DNA of 64,000 bases, from positions 62,001-126,000 of IMG/VR virus record IMGVR_UViG_3300005529_000001; one strand, 5' to 3'. Every line of letters starts with the position of its first letter. Positions within the stretch are counted from its first letter, which is position 1. Made by a program: the position numbers and the translations under genes. The notes below the pieces were generated by a model that saw nothing but the letters and a program-made list of their open reading frames with translations, did no database searches and was not told the origin of the DNA. This document shows, piece by piece, positions 42,204-51,518 of this stretch.

Positions 42204-42456
42204 GAAAGACCTGCGTCAGCGAGCGCTTGACACCAAAGACGGCATTAAACAAGCGAAAGCTGCGGCAACGGCTGCATTGAAAACCGTTGACGATTCTCAG
42301 GCACGAACATTGTTACGTCGTGTCATCGATGACCTGACCATTGCCGCGACGTGCATCGTTATCCCGCTTAAACCGAGAGCGCCCAAGAAGGAGCCCTATC
42401 GTGGTGGCGGCACCTGGCACCCGCCGGGCATGATGCCGGGCGGTCGGTATTGGTGA
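42196..42456 (+). CDS. hypothetical protein
   Basis: coupled ORF. Confidence 0.6.
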   Translation: MARKDLRQRALDTKDGIKQAKAAATAALKTVDDSQARTLLRRVIDDLTIAATCIVIPLKPRAPKKEPYRGGGTWHPPGMMPGGRYW

Positions 42457-42662
42457 TGAGACCCGGACCACCCAGGGATCCCAGTAACGCGAAACAGCCG
42501 CTGCCCAACACCTGCAAGATGATGGCGCAGCTAGTCAAGACGGCACGCGGCCGCGGGTGCAGCCTGGAGTACTTACAATCACTCCTGAAAGAGGAGTGGG
42601 ACAGAGCGGTGAAGCCTCGACCTATTCCCGTCGCGGTGGTCTCGAAGTCTGACGCTGGTTGA
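42450..42662 (+). CDS. hypothetical protein
   Basis: coupled ORF. Confidence 0.5.
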   Translation: MVMRPGPPRDPSNAKQPLPNTCKMMAQLVKTARGRGCSLEYLQSLLKEEWDRAVKPRPIPVAVVSKSDAG

Positions 42663-42996
42663 TGCCGCTGGGTGGTCTGCTGCTTGGCCTGACCAGTGAC
42701 CTGACGTCGGGATCGGGCACCATCAGCGGGATCGTACGGGTGCCAACCCGGTAACGGTGCTCGATGCCCATGACGTCGAGGTACACCACGAACCTAGCAG
42801 CATCGGAAACGTGTTCGAAGAACAGCCATGCGCTGCTGAACATCTCCAGCTCTGACCCGATCCAGTCGGGACCGAGGCCTATGTCTGTCTGAGCCGCGTC
42901 AAGCACGCTGCACAGCCACTCTGCTCTTGTAGTCTGCATGAGCAGCTTTCTAACATAGATTGCTGGGTCACGTACAGGATTTTGTGCCTGGGTCAC
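42622..42996 (-). CDS. hypothetical protein
   Basis: GTGA-coupled ORF. Confidence 0.55.
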   Translation of the reverse strand: MTQAQNPVRDPAIYVRKLLMQTTRAEWLCSVLDAAQTDIGLGPDWIGSELEMFSSAWLFFEHVSDAARFVVYLDVMGIEHRYRVGTRTIPLMVPDPDVRSLVRPSSRPPSGINQRQTSRPPRRE

Positions 42997-43274
42997 AGGA
43001 CGCTAAAGTGCCGGGCATCAGTCCAACCGAGACGGTTGCCAAAGAGAGTGCAGACCTCGAGGCTTTTCCCTGTCACCTTGAGACGGTGTCTCTCGTTTTT
43101 TACAAAAACGATGGCGATGATCAACCCGATCTCGTTCTCAACGAGCTGAGCGGTGAAGGGATTAGTGACAGAATTGTATCGACCCGGCATCGCTTTCAGG
43201 ACAATGTGGTTGGTCAGCTTGTGCGTCCCGTCCCAATCAACAGGATCAACCCTGACCAGGTCGCCTGGCTTCAC
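42993..43274 (-). CDS. SH3b-like paralog
   Basis: KPGDLV...MPG...NPF...GLIIA...LGWT. Confidence 0.75.
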   Translation of the reverse strand: MKPGDLVRVDPVDWDGTHKLTNHIVLKAMPGRYNSVTNPFTAQLVENEIGLIIAIVFVKNERHRLKVTGKSLEVCTLFGNRLGWTDARHFSVL

Positions 43275-43711
43275 GGGTCCCAGCCCTTAGCGTTTGCCCA
43301 CCAACCACCCGCTTCGTTGACGTGCTTGAGAGCTACCAACAACGGATTCTGGGCATCATCTTCATCGAACCAGATGACAAACAGGTGACTGCCACACCAC
43401 TCCTCGCCAGGTGGAGATGAGTACGAGTTGAGCCATGCCATCATGCAACGTGATGGCAAGCGCTGGAGCTTCTTCCCGCCATCGTACGTTGGCGGTCCGT
43501 CTTGGAGGACGGGTTGCACCACCAAGACAGGGCGGTGCATGCCCCACACGTGTTCGAGCCGCCGTGTGGCGTGAGCGAGCGATGACTTCACGTCTGGCAA
43601 GCCCTCCAGGCATCCCGCGTAAGTGTCCTGGATGTGATAAGAGTCGAGGAAGACATTCACGCCGTCGGCAGACTTTTCTTGGGGAGCTGGCATGTCACCA
43701 TTGTTTTCCAC
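43271..43711 (-). CDS. hypothetical protein (TYAGCLEGLP motif)
   Basis: ORF. Confidence 0.65.
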   Translation of the reverse strand: MENNGDMPAPQEKSADGVNVFLDSYHIQDTYAGCLEGLPDVKSSLAHATRRLEHVWGMHRPVLVVQPVLQDGPPTYDGGKKLQRLPSRCMMAWLNSYSSPPGEEWCGSHLFVIWFDEDDAQNPLLVALKHVNEAGGWWANAKGWDP

Positions 43712-43771
43712 GAGTTTCTCGTGTACTCACGTTGGTGAATTTTGCCCCTCTTTAGGGTTACCATGAGACCA

Positions 43772-44305
43772 ATGGAGCCAACCCAGCAAGCCGTGGATGA
43801 CTCGGTTCTCACCGGCGACGAGGGCCTCTCATACGAGGTCCGCATGGCCCGGTGGCAGGCGAAGCGTCCGCCCATTGACCACCTCAAGTCGGGAATCATG
43901 GTCGACCCGAGCAGCGGCGCCACGCTGCCGCTGTTTGATGTTGGCGACCGCATCGTTGTTGACTGCCGGACTGGCCTCCTCAAAGGCAGCCCCTGGTTGG
44001 AGACCTTGGTGGGCAAGGTCCGCAGCATCGACGATGACAGCGGCCTCGTCACCTTGTTCGATGAGGACTCGGATCCGCGGTGCCCGACCATCCGGTACGC
44101 CTCGTTCAAGAGGCCCCTGTTCACCTTCTGCCTCGCACCCGACAGGGGCGACCCGTTCGAGCCGCCTCCTCCTCCCAAGAAGGAGAAGCCCCAACGCTTG
44201 CCCGGCCAGAAAGGCCGTGGGCGGCCCAAGGGTTCGAAGAACCGTCCGAAGGACGTCATCAAGGCCGAGCGTGAGGCACGCAAAGCTGCCCGGAAAGAGA
44301 AGTAG
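43772..44305 (+). CDS. SH3-like barrel plus AT-hook DNA-binding protein
   Basis: FDVGDRIV barrel start; GRGRPKGSKNRPK AT-hook; promoter GTGAAT-N18-TACCAT. Confidence 0.7.
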   Translation: MEPTQQAVDDSVLTGDEGLSYEVRMARWQAKRPPIDHLKSGIMVDPSSGATLPLFDVGDRIVVDCRTGLLKGSPWLETLVGKVRSIDDDSGLVTLFDEDSDPRCPTIRYASFKRPLFTFCLAPDRGDPFEPPPPPKKEKPQRLPGQKGRGRPKGSKNRPKDVIKAEREARKAARKEK

Positions 44306-44307
44306 AA

Positions 44308-44589
44308 ATGGAACGCCCTCGCATCACCCATGTCGCGATCAGGTTCCGTGACAAAGTCCACTCCCTGCCGGAACCCAACCGACACGCAGACATCATCTAC
44401 ACGATGATCCGTGAGGACAAGGAGCTTGACTACATGGACATCGACCGCGACGGGGAGTTTGGCTTCCTGGATGCAACGGGTCGCTTCCTGACCCGCAAAC
44501 AAGCGACTGTCAGTGCAGACCTCAACGATCAGGTTAAGGACCGAACCAAGGTCCTCCTCGGCCAGCTCTACTCGGAGGCGCTGTGGTGA
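44308..44589 (+). CDS. conserved phage hypothetical protein
   Basis: RH.D...GFLD..GRFL.R..A...LYSE.LW. Confidence 0.75.
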   Translation: MERPRITHVAIRFRDKVHSLPEPNRHADIIYTMIREDKELDYMDIDRDGEFGFLDATGRFLTRKQATVSADLNDQVKDRTKVLLGQLYSEALW

Positions 44590-44798
44590 AAGACGAGAAA
44601 AAAGCAGAGAAGCACGCAACGAGCCGAGCCAAGCTCGCCGACGTCAGGTTCTCGATCGAGAACGAGGGCTTCGATTACGCCTTCCGCAACTACTCCGACT
44701 TCAAGGAAGTCGATGACCCGGAGTTCCACAAGCTCCGTCAGGACTACGTCAACGCCGCCAACGCGTTGGAGAAGTACGTTGGCACCGAAGAGGAATGA
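44583..44798 (+). CDS. conserved phage hypothetical protein
   Basis: EGFDYAF..YS.F.E..D.EFH.LR..Y. Confidence 0.7.
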   Translation: MVKDEKKAEKHATSRAKLADVRFSIENEGFDYAFRNYSDFKEVDDPEFHKLRQDYVNAANALEKYVGTEEE

Positions 44799-45004
44799 TG
44801 GCTGACAAGAGACGACTCCCACTCGAGAAGACGTGCCAGAAGTGTCACAAGCGCGTTGACTCGACCCATCGTCGGGAGATCTACACCAAGAACTACACGG
44901 GCCCGTGCGGCGATTCATTCTGTTTCGCTTCCTGCGATTCGTCATCGTGCCGGCCGATCTCCGTCACGGTGTGTGATGATTGCGCAAAGAAGATCTCCAA
45001 ATGA
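44795..45004 (+). CDS. Cys-rich Zn-binding protein
   Basis: multiple CxxC. Confidence 0.6.
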   Translation: MMADKRRLPLEKTCQKCHKRVDSTHRREIYTKNYTGPCGDSFCFASCDSSSCRPISVTVCDDCAKKISK

Positions 45005-45465
45005 GCTATAACATCGACACCATTGACGAGATCAAGTGCGCGGCGTGGATGGATGTCGATGACGTCACAGACATCCTGGAAAACCACGAGGACAAGCTGC
45101 CGGAAGACTGTTTCCTCTACGAGCTGCGTGACCGGGCTTACGAAACCAATAGTGTCAAGTTCACCTGCGACTGTGGACACAAGAACGTCAAGGGCAGCAA
45201 GTTCTGCAACGAGTGTGGCAGCAAGCTGCCCAAGTCGAAACCTGCCAATCGCATCCAGCTCGAGGACATCACATGGCAAGGCGAAGGCAGCGGCCGTGAC
45301 AGCTGGTATTTCTTCAAGTCTTATGTTGCGCCCAAGATCCGTGGCGAGGTGCAAGCAATCATCGTTTGGGCGTGTGGTGACACCATCAGTGGCCTCGCCA
45401 TCAAGGATGGCCGGGTCGAAGAGCCCGATGTCATCCAGTCGCTCAAGCTGCCGGAAGACTGGTGA
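45001..45465 (+). CDS. protein with inserted Zn ribbon
   Basis: CDCGH...FCNECG. Confidence 0.7.
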   Translation: MSYNIDTIDEIKCAAWMDVDDVTDILENHEDKLPEDCFLYELRDRAYETNSVKFTCDCGHKNVKGSKFCNECGSKLPKSKPANRIQLEDITWQGEGSGRDSWYFFKSYVAPKIRGEVQAIIVWACGDTISGLAIKDGRVEEPDVIQSLKLPEDW

Positions 45466-45469
45466 ACCC

Positions 45470-45766
45470 GTGGTCCCATTTGGTGTATTCCCTGCTGGTA
45501 CTGAGGAGAAGAAAGTGACCGCTCCCAAGGGCCCTTCCACCTGCTGCATCCGGAAATTCCCAGGCGTTGCTTACTGTGGGCGTGACATCGATGAGTCGTA
45601 CGACCAGGTGTTCAACGACGCAGCGTACGCTGTCGCTCACTACAAGAACTGCACCTTCCTTCGCGCCTGTCCTGACTGTGTCAAGAAGTGCGAAGACGCG
45701 GGTGTGGGACAAGTACAGTACCTGGCGCCGATGGCGACCAGGGATCTCAAGGAGAACAACCGATGA
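45470..45766 (+). CDS. Cys-containing hypothetical protein
   Basis: CI...YCG...ACPDC; start uncertain. Confidence 0.55.
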   Translation: MVPFGVFPAGTEEKKVTAPKGPSTCCIRKFPGVAYCGRDIDESYDQVFNDAAYAVAHYKNCTFLRACPDCVKKCEDAGVGQVQYLAPMATRDLKENNR

Positions 45767-45999
45767 GCATGTTTGACCAGATCGATCAGCCGTTTGATGT
45801 CGAGGCTGTCAGCCAGCCCATCTCATTCGTGCCACACGCGATGATCGTCAACACCCCGGTGGGTGACGAGGTCGTGCCGTTGGACGCTTTCGATGAGCCG
45901 ACGTCCGTCACCAACCCAGTGGAGCTCGCGGCGCTGCTTGCGGACGCGAGCCCCCACACCCACGCGACGGTGCCCAGCTTCCATGCAGTCGAACCGTGA
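45763..45999 (+). CDS. acidic hypothetical protein
   Basis: ATGA-coupled; AAGGAG SD. Confidence 0.6.
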   Translation: MSMFDQIDQPFDVEAVSQPISFVPHAMIVNTPVGDEVVPLDAFDEPTSVTNPVELAALLADASPHTHATVPSFHAVEP

Positions 46000-46240
46000 G
46001 TAAGATCACGTCACTGCGGTGGCACTTGGGAACGCTGTTCTGGGCGGTGTCTGGGGCTGCTTTCAGCCTTGCGATGATCGTTCCCGTCGCTGTCGCTCAT
46101 CCGTTCAGGACGTACCGAGACATCAAAGAAGCCTGGGACGAGTACGATGGAGACGATAGCGACTGACATCTTTTTCACGATGCCCGCTGCGATCTCGGTT
46201 CTTCTCTTCTTCGCAACAGTGAGCATGAGGACAGGTCGCC

Positions 46241-46579
46241 GTGGACGTTCGTGAATCTCTCCTGGTTGGAGCTTGCATCGGAGCGGTGCTGTCAGGCTTC
46301 GTCTTTGCCTATGTTGCACCCGCGATCTCTAGCCCAGACCCAGCACCGAAACAGCAGGCGCCCCTGTCCAGGGACCGCGTCAAGGTGATCCTTGAGGGCG
46401 AGTTCCAGCTCCACCACCAGGACTGCATCATCCTCAGCATCTGGACGTCACATGACGGGAATTGGACGGAATTCCTGAAGACCTACGAGTGTGGTCGCGG
46501 CACCATCCCCAGCAATCCAATCCCGCCTGATGGCGGTCCCAGCGTCAACTGGGAGTGGGAAGAGTACGGGATGAGATGA
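46241..46579 (+). CDS. membrane-anchored protein
   Basis: N-terminal TM. Confidence 0.6.
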   Translation: MDVRESLLVGACIGAVLSGFVFAYVAPAISSPDPAPKQQAPLSRDRVKVILEGEFQLHHQDCIILSIWTSHDGNWTEFLKTYECGRGTIPSNPIPPDGGPSVNWEWEEYGMR

Positions 46580-46839
46580 AGCTCGTCCCGGGTGCTCGCG
46601 TTGAGGTGATGCAGGGGATACCAGCGAACAATTTTCAAGTCGTTGTTCGTGATGCACGCTCGATAAAAGAACGTCGATTCGTCCCGCACGGTCACCAAGC
46701 GTTGGTCATCGGGGTGGAGAATCAAAACCCTAACGGATCACTTTCCGATTATTACGTCTGCTGTTTTTCGCCCGAGCATGGCTTTTGGCGCTGTGGCTCA
46801 GCGAAGCTACGAGTGATCTGGAGCCCGGAGAACACGTGA
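46576..46839 (+). CDS. SH3b-like paralog (divergent)
   Basis: VPGARV...ALVIG...GFW. Confidence 0.55.
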   Translation: MKLVPGARVEVMQGIPANNFQVVVRDARSIKERRFVPHGHQALVIGVENQNPNGSLSDYYVCCFSPEHGFWRCGSAKLRVIWSPENT

Positions 46840-47123
46840 AAGACGAACGCTGCGAAGCGATCCATGGGCCGTCGGGCGAGCGTTGCTTGCGAGGCCCACA
46901 CGTGGGAAAGCACGTTGGTCGTGGTCCCGTGGACTGGTTTACTGGTGGTGAAGACACGGTCCGTAGTGGCAAGAAATCGACCAAACAGAGCGATGGACCT
47001 GTCTACTTAGAATTTCGTTATGGGCCCAAGAGGGTCCCTCTCGGTTACTTCTGGGGTCCCGCCCGTGAGAAGGAGGGTCTGGCTGGAAAGCCTGCTCACT
47101 TCGGCCTCGATGAACCAGAGTGA
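46836..47123 (+). CDS. Cys/His hypothetical protein
   Basis: C...C...H...H; GTGA coupling. Confidence 0.5.
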   Translation: MKDERCEAIHGPSGERCLRGPHVGKHVGRGPVDWFTGGEDTVRSGKKSTKQSDGPVYLEFRYGPKRVPLGYFWGPAREKEGLAGKPAHFGLDEPE

Positions 47124-47155
47124 CTCGGGACCCGGAAGAGGGATAGGATGACGCC

Positions 47156-47455
47156 ATGGCTGGTCCGTGGGAGGGAACCGGGACACACGAAATGATGGCG
47201 GGTCACCTGCGACCCGGTGACTTGTTCTTCATCCTCGGATATGAGGACAAGGCATGGTACACCTGCCTCGGCGTCATTCATACCGAAGACAGGGATGGCT
47301 TTAAGCGATCACGAGGCTTGTTGTTGGCTGCTTCAGGCCGTCTTCACGCGTTTGATGTGGGGTCTGCCAAAGAGATCACGGTGCCCGACGGGTTCCAACG
47401 CTCATGGGAGGAGGCGAGATGGGACGTCGTGCCCTACGAACAGGCGACCTGGTGA
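47156..47455 (+). CDS. PGDL-family protein (divergent)
   Basis: LRPGDLF...CLGV...LLL. Confidence 0.5.
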   Translation: MAGPWEGTGTHEMMAGHLRPGDLFFILGYEDKAWYTCLGVIHTEDRDGFKRSRGLLLAASGRLHAFDVGSAKEITVPDGFQRSWEEARWDVVPYEQATW

Positions 47456-47691
47456 CACCGAGATTTCCCAAGTACCTTGGCGGTCCCAGCGATGCCGTGC
47501 CGCTATGGCGTGAGCCCGAGAAATGTCTCGACTCAAGCGATATCGTCGTAAACTGCCAGATGGGCCTGTTGTTGGGTACTATCAGCATAGAGTGGCGACC
47601 TGGTCATTACGTTACCAAGGCGATGGTCTTAGACAACGTGAGCGGGAAGTTTGGGTGGTGTGATCTTAAGTTCCTCAGACGGGTTGACTGA
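47404..47691 (+). CDS. SH3b-like paralog
   Basis: TGDLV...GLLLG...FGWC. Confidence 0.7.
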   Translation: MGGGEMGRRALRTGDLVTPRFPKYLGGPSDAVPLWREPEKCLDSSDIVVNCQMGLLLGTISIEWRPGHYVTKAMVLDNVSGKFGWCDLKFLRRVD

Positions 47692-47954
47692 TGCCGAGGC
47701 GAGACAGCAAACCCAAACCTGGTGAATTAGTGCTCTTGCGAGGCAAGACGCCTCGCGATGTTTGGGTAGTTCCCAATAGCCCGAACGTTACGCCTGAGAA
47801 GCTCCAGCGAGCTGGCGTGGTCATGCCTGGCTCTGTCGGTCTTGTCATCTCTTCGGCCCACCCAGACATGCACCGTTTCTACACCTACGTTTTGTGGTCA
47901 GTACCCTGTGTTTGTGGGTGGATTGAAGATGGCTTTGTGAGCAAAGTGACATGA
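47691..47954 (+). CDS. SH3b-like paralog
   Basis: KPGELV...GLVIS...VLWS...CGWI. Confidence 0.7.
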   Translation: MPRRDSKPKPGELVLLRGKTPRDVWVVPNSPNVTPEKLQRAGVVMPGSVGLVISSAHPDMHRFYTYVLWSVPCVCGWIEDGFVSKVT

Positions 47955-48187
47955 TCGCACCGGGCACGCTTTGTAGGCTTCACAACCCGATAAGCGTGGG
48001 CTTTGCTTTCTACACGAGCTTTGATGATGAACCCGAGCTGCTTGACAACGACAAACACCTGTTCCTGATCGTGATGGTTCCCATCAGGCATGCGGGCAGG
48101 AACGAGCACTTTGCGTGGGGTTTGCTCAACGACGGAAGATTCGGGTTTGTGAACTACAAGTGGCTCATTGAGGTTCGCGACGGTTGA
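47951..48187 (+). CDS. SH3b-like paralog (divergent)
   Basis: APGTLC...FGFV. Confidence 0.6.
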   Translation: MIAPGTLCRLHNPISVGFAFYTSFDDEPELLDNDKHLFLIVMVPIRHAGRNEHFAWGLLNDGRFGFVNYKWLIEVRDG

Positions 48188-48283
48188 ACATGACATCTCA
48201 ATGGGGTACCGTAAATCACGAATTCCATGACAGGAGTTGGGTCCGAACCCCTACCTGTCACCCTCTATTAGACGGAGAGGTGC

Positions 48284-51200
48284 ATGATCAAGTGCCAGAT
48301 GTGCCGCGGCTCTGGGTGGTACCAGTCGTCGCCAGGCAACAGGAGCCAGTGTCCGTATTGCAACGGACGTGGTAGCATCAACGAGAACTCGCCCAGCGAG
48401 CAACGTAGAGCTCGTGACTTCGAGTCTTTCTATGGCGATGACCTCAATCGAGCTGGTTATAGCACGAAAGAGATCAGCCGCATCTTGGAGGAGAAGTCGG
48501 GCCAGATCGTACAAGCGCTGAAGACGATGCCTGTGAAGGGCCCTATCGCTTCGTCTCAGGTCGGTCGCCCGCCCCAACTTCGTCCCACACGAGTGCCATA
48601 TAAGCTTGACTCTGACGAGAAAGAGCGGCTCAGGCAACTTCGTGATCCTTCGCAACAGACTTTGCCTCCGACGCAGGCAACATCAACTGATGTAAAGCGC
48701 CAACAAACAGAAGTAGTTTCCAGTCACACAACGGCGAAAGCCACAGAAAAGAGAGCAGACATCATGGGAGAAGACGACATTCGCGGCCGACGGGCGCAGG
48801 ACATGATCCTAGCCCCGAACGAGTACGCATACATCAGCGACGAGACCAAGGGCGAAGTCAACGTCTTCGTCGGCCCCAACAAGCAGTCGCTTGCGGGCAC
48901 TGACCAGATGGTCAAGTTCGACACCAAGACGAAGCGGTTCTCGCCGACGTCACGTGAACAGGGCAACCAGCTGTTCCAGACGGCTCCCGAGGGCTGGTAC
49001 GTCGTCCTGAAGAACCCGGCCGAGGGCGACAAGCACCCGGCTGGCAGCGGCAAGCTATCGACCCCCACCCTTCGGGTCGGTAAGAAGGTTAACATCTCCG
49101 GTCCCTGTTCCTTTGCTCTCTGGCCCGGTCAGATGGCCAAGGTCGTCCAGGGCCACTCGCTGAAGTCGAACGAGTACCTGCTGTGCCGGGTCTACGATGA
49201 AGAGGCTGCACGGGCCAACTGGTCCAAAGCAGTCATCAAGACGCAGGGCGAGGCAACGACGGGTGAGGGCGCAGATGCAACTCCGAAGAACCAGCGTCCC
49301 GCCAAGGTGGTGAAGGCTGGCAGCGAGATCCCGTCCGAGGGCGAGCTCACGATGGGCAAGCTCTTCGTGGTCCGTGGCACTGAGGTCTCCTTCTACATCC
49401 CGCCGACGGGCATCGAGGTCGTCGCTGATGGTGAGAAGTATGTCCGCGAGGCCGTCTCTCTGGAACGCCTCGAGTACTGCTTGCTCCTCGACCAGAACGG
49501 CAACAAGCGATACGTCATCGGTCCCGACGTCGTGTTCCCGCGACCGACCGAGAAGTTCGTCGAGGCGCCGATCAAGTCCAACCCGGACAAGGTCAAGGCC
49601 AAGAAGTTCCGTGCCCAGGAGCTGACTCCAACGAGCGGCATCCACATCCGCGTCATCTCGGATTACACCGAGAAAGACGGCACCAAGCGCACCGCGGGTG
49701 AAGAGCTCTTCATCACGGGCAACGAGCAGCCGGTGTACTTCCCCCGTGAGGAGCACGCCATCATCAAGTACGGCGAGCAGGATGTCCACTACGGAATCGC
49801 GATCCCGCCGGGCGAGGCTCGCTACGTGCTGAACAGGCTCACCGGCGAGGCGAGCCTGGTCGACGGTCCGAAGATCTTCCTTCCCGATCCCCGGACGCAA
49901 GTCATCCTCCAGCGCGCCATCCCGCTCGACATGTGCGCTCTCCTTTACCCCGGCAACGAGGAGGCTCTCGCGATCAACGCGGCTCGCCTCGGCGTCGAGG
50001 ACCAGGACTACATGGGTGCTGGTGGAGCAAACGCCGCGTTCCTCAACAGCACTTACGAGCGTAACGCTGGCGAGAACGAGGCCTATGCTGCGGTCGCTGC
50101 AGCGGCTCCGAATGACACCGCTCGCGGTCGCATCCTGATCAAGTCGGCGAGCAAGTCCCTTCCGGGCGACGCCTTCGATCGGAAGGCGAAGTTCACTGCG
50201 CCGCGCTCCGTCATCCTCAACACCAAGTACGACGGCGCCATCGGCATCAACCTCTGGACCGGCTACGCCATGCTGCTCGTCAGCAAGGGCGGCAAGCGCC
50301 GGGTAATCCAGGGACCGGGCACCTTCATGTTCGAGTACGACGAGAACCCGCAGCTCATCTCGCTGTCAACGGGCAAGCCGAAGTCGACCGACAAGCTCTG
50401 CAAGACGTACTACTTGCAGGTCACCAACAACATGGTCAGCGACATCGTCGAGGTCGAGACCAGGGACTTCTGCCGGCTCACTGTCAAGCTGAGCTACCGA
50501 GTCAACTTCGAAGGCAACTCCGAGAAGTGGTTCGCGGTTGACAACTACGTCAAGTTCCTCTGTGACGCGATGCGGTCACGCATCCGCTCCGCGGTGCAGA
50601 AGCTGGGCATCGAGGAGTTCTACGGCAACCACACGCCAATCCTGCGTGACATCATCCTGGGTGCCAAGCCCGCCGAGGGTGGCGAGCGCACAGGCACCAT
50701 GTTTGCCGAGAACGGCATGCGAATCTACGATGCTGAGGTCCTTGGCATCCAGATGCAAAACCAGGACGTCGAGAAGCTCCTGGTCGCTGCACAGCGGTCC
50801 GTCATCCAGAACACCCTCGTCCTTGCTGAAGAGCGGCGCAAGCTGGACTTCGTCAAGGAGACCGAGGAGCTCAAGCGGGAGACAGCTTCCGCTCAGGCCG
50901 AGACGACCCGGGCAACCCTCGAGTTGCAGCGAGTCAACGCCCAGCGCAAGCTGGAGCTTGACCTGGCCCTGATCGCCAACAGCGCCAAGCAGCAGAGCGA
51001 GCAGCTTGCTGTCGAAGCAGCAACGACGGCAGCCCGAGCCACTCTCAACCTGGCCAACGAGAAGGCCGCGGCGGAAGTTGCGGCAGTCGAGCTGGAGACC
51101 GCTGAAGCCCGTCAGGCTTCGGAACGAACGCACCAGGCCGCCCTACAGGCCCTCGAGCTCGCCAAGCTCACGGCCCAGACAGAAGCGACCAAGGAGAAGG

Positions 51201-51436
51201 CAACCGCCATCAGCCCGCAGCTAGTCGCGGCGCTAGAAGCGGCGGGCAACAAGGAAGTGGCGATGAAGCTCGCTGAGTCCTTCAACGTGCTGGGCATCAT
51301 CGGCGGCGGCAAGAAGAGCGTCGCCGAGATCTTCAGTGAGCTGCTCAAGGGCACCGTGCTGGGCCCCCAGCTCGCCGCGGTGGTCAAGGGTGAGAAGAGC
51401 GAGTCGAACGGTTCGAGCAAGACGGCTCGAGCCTGA
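48284..51436 (+). CDS. major vault protein (MVP) homolog with N-terminal Zn-finger extension
   Basis: MVP-type repeats (LAPNEYAYISD..GEV..FVGP; RYVIGP; GIHIRVISDY..KDGTKRTAGEELFITG; YVLNRLTGE..LVDGP); shoulder domain LSTGKPK...SDIVEVETRDF..L.VKLSY..NF...F.V.NYV..LC.A..SRIR.AV...F.ENG; long Ala/Glu-rich cap helix; second possible start at 48764. Confidence 0.85.
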   Translation: MIKCQMCRGSGWYQSSPGNRSQCPYCNGRGSINENSPSEQRRARDFESFYGDDLNRAGYSTKEISRILEEKSGQIVQALKTMPVKGPIASSQVGRPPQLRPTRVPYKLDSDEKERLRQLRDPSQQTLPPTQATSTDVKRQQTEVVSSHTTAKATEKRADIMGEDDIRGRRAQDMILAPNEYAYISDETKGEVNVFVGPNKQSLAGTDQMVKFDTKTKRFSPTSREQGNQLFQTAPEGWYVVLKNPAEGDKHPAGSGKLSTPTLRVGKKVNISGPCSFALWPGQMAKVVQGHSLKSNEYLLCRVYDEEAARANWSKAVIKTQGEATTGEGADATPKNQRPAKVVKAGSEIPSEGELTMGKLFVVRGTEVSFYIPPTGIEVVADGEKYVREAVSLERLEYCLLLDQNGNKRYVIGPDVVFPRPTEKFVEAPIKSNPDKVKAKKFRAQELTPTSGIHIRVISDYTEKDGTKRTAGEELFITGNEQPVYFPREEHAIIKYGEQDVHYGIAIPPGEARYVLNRLTGEASLVDGPKIFLPDPRTQVILQRAIPLDMCALLYPGNEEALAINAARLGVEDQDYMGAGGANAAFLNSTYERNAGENEAYAAVAAAAPNDTARGRILIKSASKSLPGDAFDRKAKFTAPRSVILNTKYDGAIGINLWTGYAMLLVSKGGKRRVIQGPGTFMFEYDENPQLISLSTGKPKSTDKLCKTYYLQVTNNMVSDIVEVETRDFCRLTVKLSYRVNFEGNSEKWFAVDNYVKFLCDAMRSRIRSAVQKLGIEEFYGNHTPILRDIILGAKPAEGGERTGTMFAENGMRIYDAEVLGIQMQNQDVEKLLVAAQRSVIQNTLVLAEERRKLDFVKETEELKRETASAQAETTRATLELQRVNAQRKLELDLALIANSAKQQSEQLAVEAATTAARATLNLANEKAAAEVAAVELETAEARQASERTHQAALQALELAKLTAQTEATKEKATAISPQLVAALEAAGNKEVAMKLAESFNVLGIIGGGKKSVAEIFSELLKGTVLGPQLAAVVKGEKSESNGSSKTARA

Positions 51437-51452
51437 TCTAACCACAACAATG

Positions 51453-51486
51453 GAAGCCGCGGTCTCACGACAGGGACCGCGGCTTT
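51453..51486 (+). terminator. hairpin between the MVP and flotillin genes
   Basis: GAAGCCGCGGTCTC-ACGACA-GGGACCGCGGCTTT; short U tract, may be leaky. Confidence 0.65.
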
Positions 51487-51518
51487 CGCACATCTGAAAA
51501 AAGAAAGAGAGATCAACA

